A DNA stretch of 64,000 nucleotides from Psammoneis japonica (lineage: Eukaryota), in the NCBI GenBank assembly GCA_008632985.1, contig QPGO01000037.1:186001-250000 (forward strand), read 5' to 3'. A program made the position numbers and the translations under genes. Positions 60,913-64,000 of this stretch are shown one piece after another. The notes under the pieces are model-generated. The model did not search any database, was not told the DNA's origin, and saw only the letters and a program-made list of their open reading frames with translations. Within the stretch, counting starts at the first letter, position 1. Each line of letters opens with the position of its first letter.

Positions 60913-61138
60913 CGGTCGAAGTTCTGGTTTGCCACTGAAATGAAAACAAATGCCGGAATTCATGCGGAATGCTCTGGAGGGAGTGTTTGGAAAGGCGGCT
61001 GTGAGGTCTTTCAACAAAGCCCTTGAACTGGGTCCAACACTGGCCATTGCCCAACTGGCGCGGTTGAAGTTCTGGTTTGCCACTGAAATGAAAACAAACG
61101 CCGGAATTCATGCGGAATGCTCTGGAGGGAGTGTTCGG
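60913..61138. repeat. 78-bp near-perfect direct repeat (period 148 bp)
   Basis: 60913-60990 versus 61061-61138; three mismatches, all CG versus TG. Confidence 0.95.
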
Positions 61139-61292
61139 TGGCAGTTGGACAGTGCCAAAGGGCAACTCCCAAATGACATCAGCCAAAAGCGAGTGCCTCG
61201 CGTGCCATTTCAATCGAATTTCCTCTTGGGGGTCAAAGACTTTTTCTTTCTCTTTCCATACAACGACTCCAATCACAACAAAAACTCAAAAA

Positions 61293-62048
61293 CTAATTAC
61301 CATTAGGCTTGCGCTTCTTGTAGGGGTTGACCTTGTCATACACGGGCTTGGACTTCTTCCTTATTGAAATCTCGGGCCCGGCCCGTGTCCACAAGTCGTT
61401 AAGCTCTGCCAAAAGGCCCGATGTATCATGATCTCCACCAAGAAGCACACCGTGTTCAGTATGACGGAAGCGGGATGCATAGGTGTAGTTGTATGACCCG
61501 ATCATAGTTCCAGCAGTGGTCACCATGACTTTAGAATGAGAATACTTCGAATGGCTGTCCGCCTCATCTCGACCATATCTCTTGATGTGTAGACGAGCGA
61601 CAGCTTCCTCACGGCAGGAATCTTCGCCCACAAACGATTCGAAACTTTCAATCACCCAGGTCTTGGGGCCTAGTAGGATGTTTACGTGAAGGTCCGAGAC
61701 ACTTGCGTCAGCATAGTGACAAAGTTCGTTGATTACCATAAAATCAGTTAGGAAGGGAATGGATATAAAGACAACGGACCTCTTTTCGGCAGCTTTCAGC
61801 AGGTGCACAAAAGCGACAAAGGGATGCTGTTCATGAGCATAGGATTCGTCACTGGGAGTCCAACGAGCTCCAGTATGAAGAATAAGGGGACGATCGGCTG
61901 CGACAACAACCTCGTGAGCAGTTTCACCGTTTAAGAACATCCAATTCCGATTCACAAAATGGCCGTCTCCAACCCACTCTGTTGCTTCTTGCTGTTCTCT
62001 TTCGTATTCGAGATCAATAAACTGGTCTGCTTCCGAACGGTCCTCCAT
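61293..62048 (-). CDS. Single-domain phospholipase D-superfamily (HKD-type) protein, putative nuclease
   Basis: YSHSKVMVTTAGTMIGSYNYT..RHTEHG fits HxK(x4)[D->T](x6)GSxN..E. Basic C-terminal tail. First ATG at 62048. Confidence 0.75.
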   Translation of the reverse strand: MEDRSEADQFIDLEYEREQQEATEWVGDGHFVNRNWMFLNGETAHEVVVAADRPLILHTGARWTPSDESYAHEQHPFVAFVHLLKAAEKRSVVFISIPFLTDFMVINELCHYADASVSDLHVNILLGPKTWVIESFESFVGEDSCREEAVARLHIKRYGRDEADSHSKYSHSKVMVTTAGTMIGSYNYTYASRFRHTEHGVLLGGDHDTSGLLAELNDLWTRAGPEISIRKKSKPVYDKVNPYKKRKPNGN

Positions 62049-62399
62049 GGTGCAAAAGCGAGAGGTGAACAATATCTTTCGTTGTTGCTGTTGTTGGCTC
62101 GAGAGAGAGGCTGTTGCTGACTGTGAGACATGTTTTTAGGGCCCTAGTAATTTGGAAATTGGAATGCTATGCAGAATTCGTTCGCGAACGTTCAGAATGG
62201 GTTGACATTATTTGACATCGTCCTTCCGTTGATTGCATAGACTTCCTACCGTGGCGTGTACCGTATGTATGCAGGAAGTTCTTTGGAGACACTGCGCACG
62301 ACTGACGGACTGATAGATGGACGGACGGGCGGGGCGGGCGGACTGGGCAGTCAGTTTTTTCCTGCTAGCTGCCTGCCTCTGCTGCCACTGGTAGACCTA

Positions 62400-64000
62400 G
62401 CTGCTAGTAGCTAGCTAGTGGTAGAGCATGACAGTGAGAGTCACAAGGTCCACCCTCGAAAACATGCTCTTTGTCTGTTTGCATCACCACAGCAGGAGAG
62501 GGAGTGGACTGGTGTTTGGGGGGGAGCACGACACACAACACATGGCGAGCAAATGCAAGGGGTGTGTGTGTGTGTGTGGCAAAAAGCTGGAGCCACAGAG
62601 GAACCTGAGTTTCCCTGAGCCCTGGCCTTTTGGTGTGGGAGATGGCACCTCAGCCCAAGGAGTGGGAGGGTGGGTGCTCAAGCTGTGCATGCTGTGGTGA
62701 AAGCCGACTGCTGATCCAGACAACGACCCTCACAGTCGGCTTGTCCTTGTCTGTCCATCTGTTCTGTCATGTGGGGCATCTTCAGGCTGCTCTTTGCTCC
62801 ACACTCAGCAAGCAAGCCAGCTGGCCTGCTCACCACTCCAACCTCCTCAACAAGGTCCACCCTCAAAAACATGCTCTCCATCTGTTTGCATCGCTGCAGC
62901 AGAGAAGGAGCAGACCAGTGTTGGGGGGGAGGCCACACACTGGGGAAAGAACACATGACACACAGTGAGCAAATGCAAGGGGCATGTGTGGTGAAAAGCT
63001 GGAGCTGGAGAAACCTGAGCTCTCCCGCAACCCCAGGCCTTGGTGTGCAGGTGACAGTGCCTTGGCCATGAAGGTGCATGGGTGGCGGTTGTCAAAAAGG
63101 ACAAAAGACACAAAAAGTTTGCTCGTGACACTGGCAACCCTTTCAACCATTCCTCAGTGCATCCTTGTGGAAATCTGCAAGATGCAGAAGACCATGAGGA
63201 CAGAAGAAGAAGAAAAAGAAGAAGAAGAAGGGGCAGCAAAAAACAGGTGACAAACAGCATGAAAGAAAATGCTCCTGTTGCTGCCTTTGCCGTTGGCTGT
63301 TCAAGATTGCTGCAGATGAAAAGAAAAAATTTGCAAGATGATGACAAAAAAGACACAATTGAGAAGGAACCTTTCTGTGAATTTTTGCAAGAAAAAGACT
63401 GCTTTTTCATTTTGGATCCTCAGGATGAAATGCCAAAATGCAGACATGATGCTTTTGGCAGAAGACGCAATGACGTTGTGCTCTCTCACAGAGTCAAATG
63501 TGTGAGAGGAGAAGGAAGAAACTGTTTCTCTCTGTTGCTTTCACACTCAGATGTCTTGACACAACAGCCACAGTCAACACAACCACAGACAAAGTTGCAT
63601 CAGAAAACCCCCAAACAGACTGTGAGAAAGAAAAAAGGAAAGAAAGCACACTGATCAGGCAAGAAGATGCAAAAGAGAACAGTGGAAGAAGTGCAACCTG
63701 AATGGATCAGACTCACAAAGCCAAAGGATTGGATGCAAGCAGCTGGCTTTGTTGAATCACATGTTGGAATTGAGACACAACAGATGCATTAAAAGGCAGA
63801 AACAAAAGAACCAAACAATGTTTTTTTTTCACACTTTAATTTGGGTTGCTGCTTTTGGAGCTGTTGAGTTCTGCTTTGCAGTGCTCAAAAAACATGTGCT
63901 TTTTTGAATGAATCATTGAGTGCACAGAAAAACATTCCCGCGGGAGCAAGGAAACTGAATTTGAGGACATTTTCCATGGTCCAAAGTGTGGTGCAAAGGG
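62400..64000. other. Hypermutated (CpG/TpA-depleted) domain F, runs off the window
   Basis: Starts after a dense CTAG cluster; TG/CA-rich. Confidence 0.85.
62444..63050. repeat. Diverged ~190-bp direct repeat (period ~407 bp)
   Basis: CAAGGTCCACCCTC(G/A)AAAACATGCTCT..GAGCAAATGCAAGGGG..AAAAGCTGGAGC..AACCTGAG at ~62444 and ~62851. Confidence 0.85.

Larger units (their letters stand above)
51790..61290. other. Hypermutated (CpG/TpA-depleted) domain E
   Basis: 9.5 kb, TG/CA-rich, nearly Tyr-free. CpG partly retained in the last ~900 bp. Confidence 0.9.

Noticed and set aside
1..64000. tRNA/rRNA genes
   Set aside because: None recognised by eye; a covariance-model scan would be needed to exclude small ncRNAs.

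Overview
Eukaryotic nuclear DNA, almost certainly from a diatom: it has a silicon transporter, CoDi-type Ty1/Copia relics and short 70-120 nt GT-AG introns. The window alternates between two compartments. (i) Ordinary gene islands hold two paralogous ankyrin-like/coiled-coil genes, PIG-Y-like, DTW-domain, SDR reductase, Arf-GTPase fusion, bacterial-type TIM-barrel, HSP20, subtilisin, M64-like metallopeptidase, a triple-fused SIT, an XRN exoribonuclease fused in frame to a proteasome beta5 subunit, GINS Psf3 and a single-HKD PLD-family gene. (ii) Six sharply bounded domains (~1.0-14.0, 19.7-20.9, 26.5-28.9, 30.9-31.9, 51.8-61.3 and 62.4-64.0 kb) are depleted of BOTH CpG and TpA and saturated with TpG/CpA. 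They contain ruined Copia and LINE elements and some ruined host-type genes. Most striking: the XRN-beta5 polyprotein with an apparent internal targeting signal, the dual CpG/TpA-to-TpG/CpA hypermutation signature (opposite to fungal RIP at TpA), the Arf-YqcI/YcgG-like fusion and the triple SIT. Several otherwise well-conserved genes carry 1-bp frameshifts, suggesting residual assembly indel errors. All family calls come from motif recognition by eye; no searches or counts were run.
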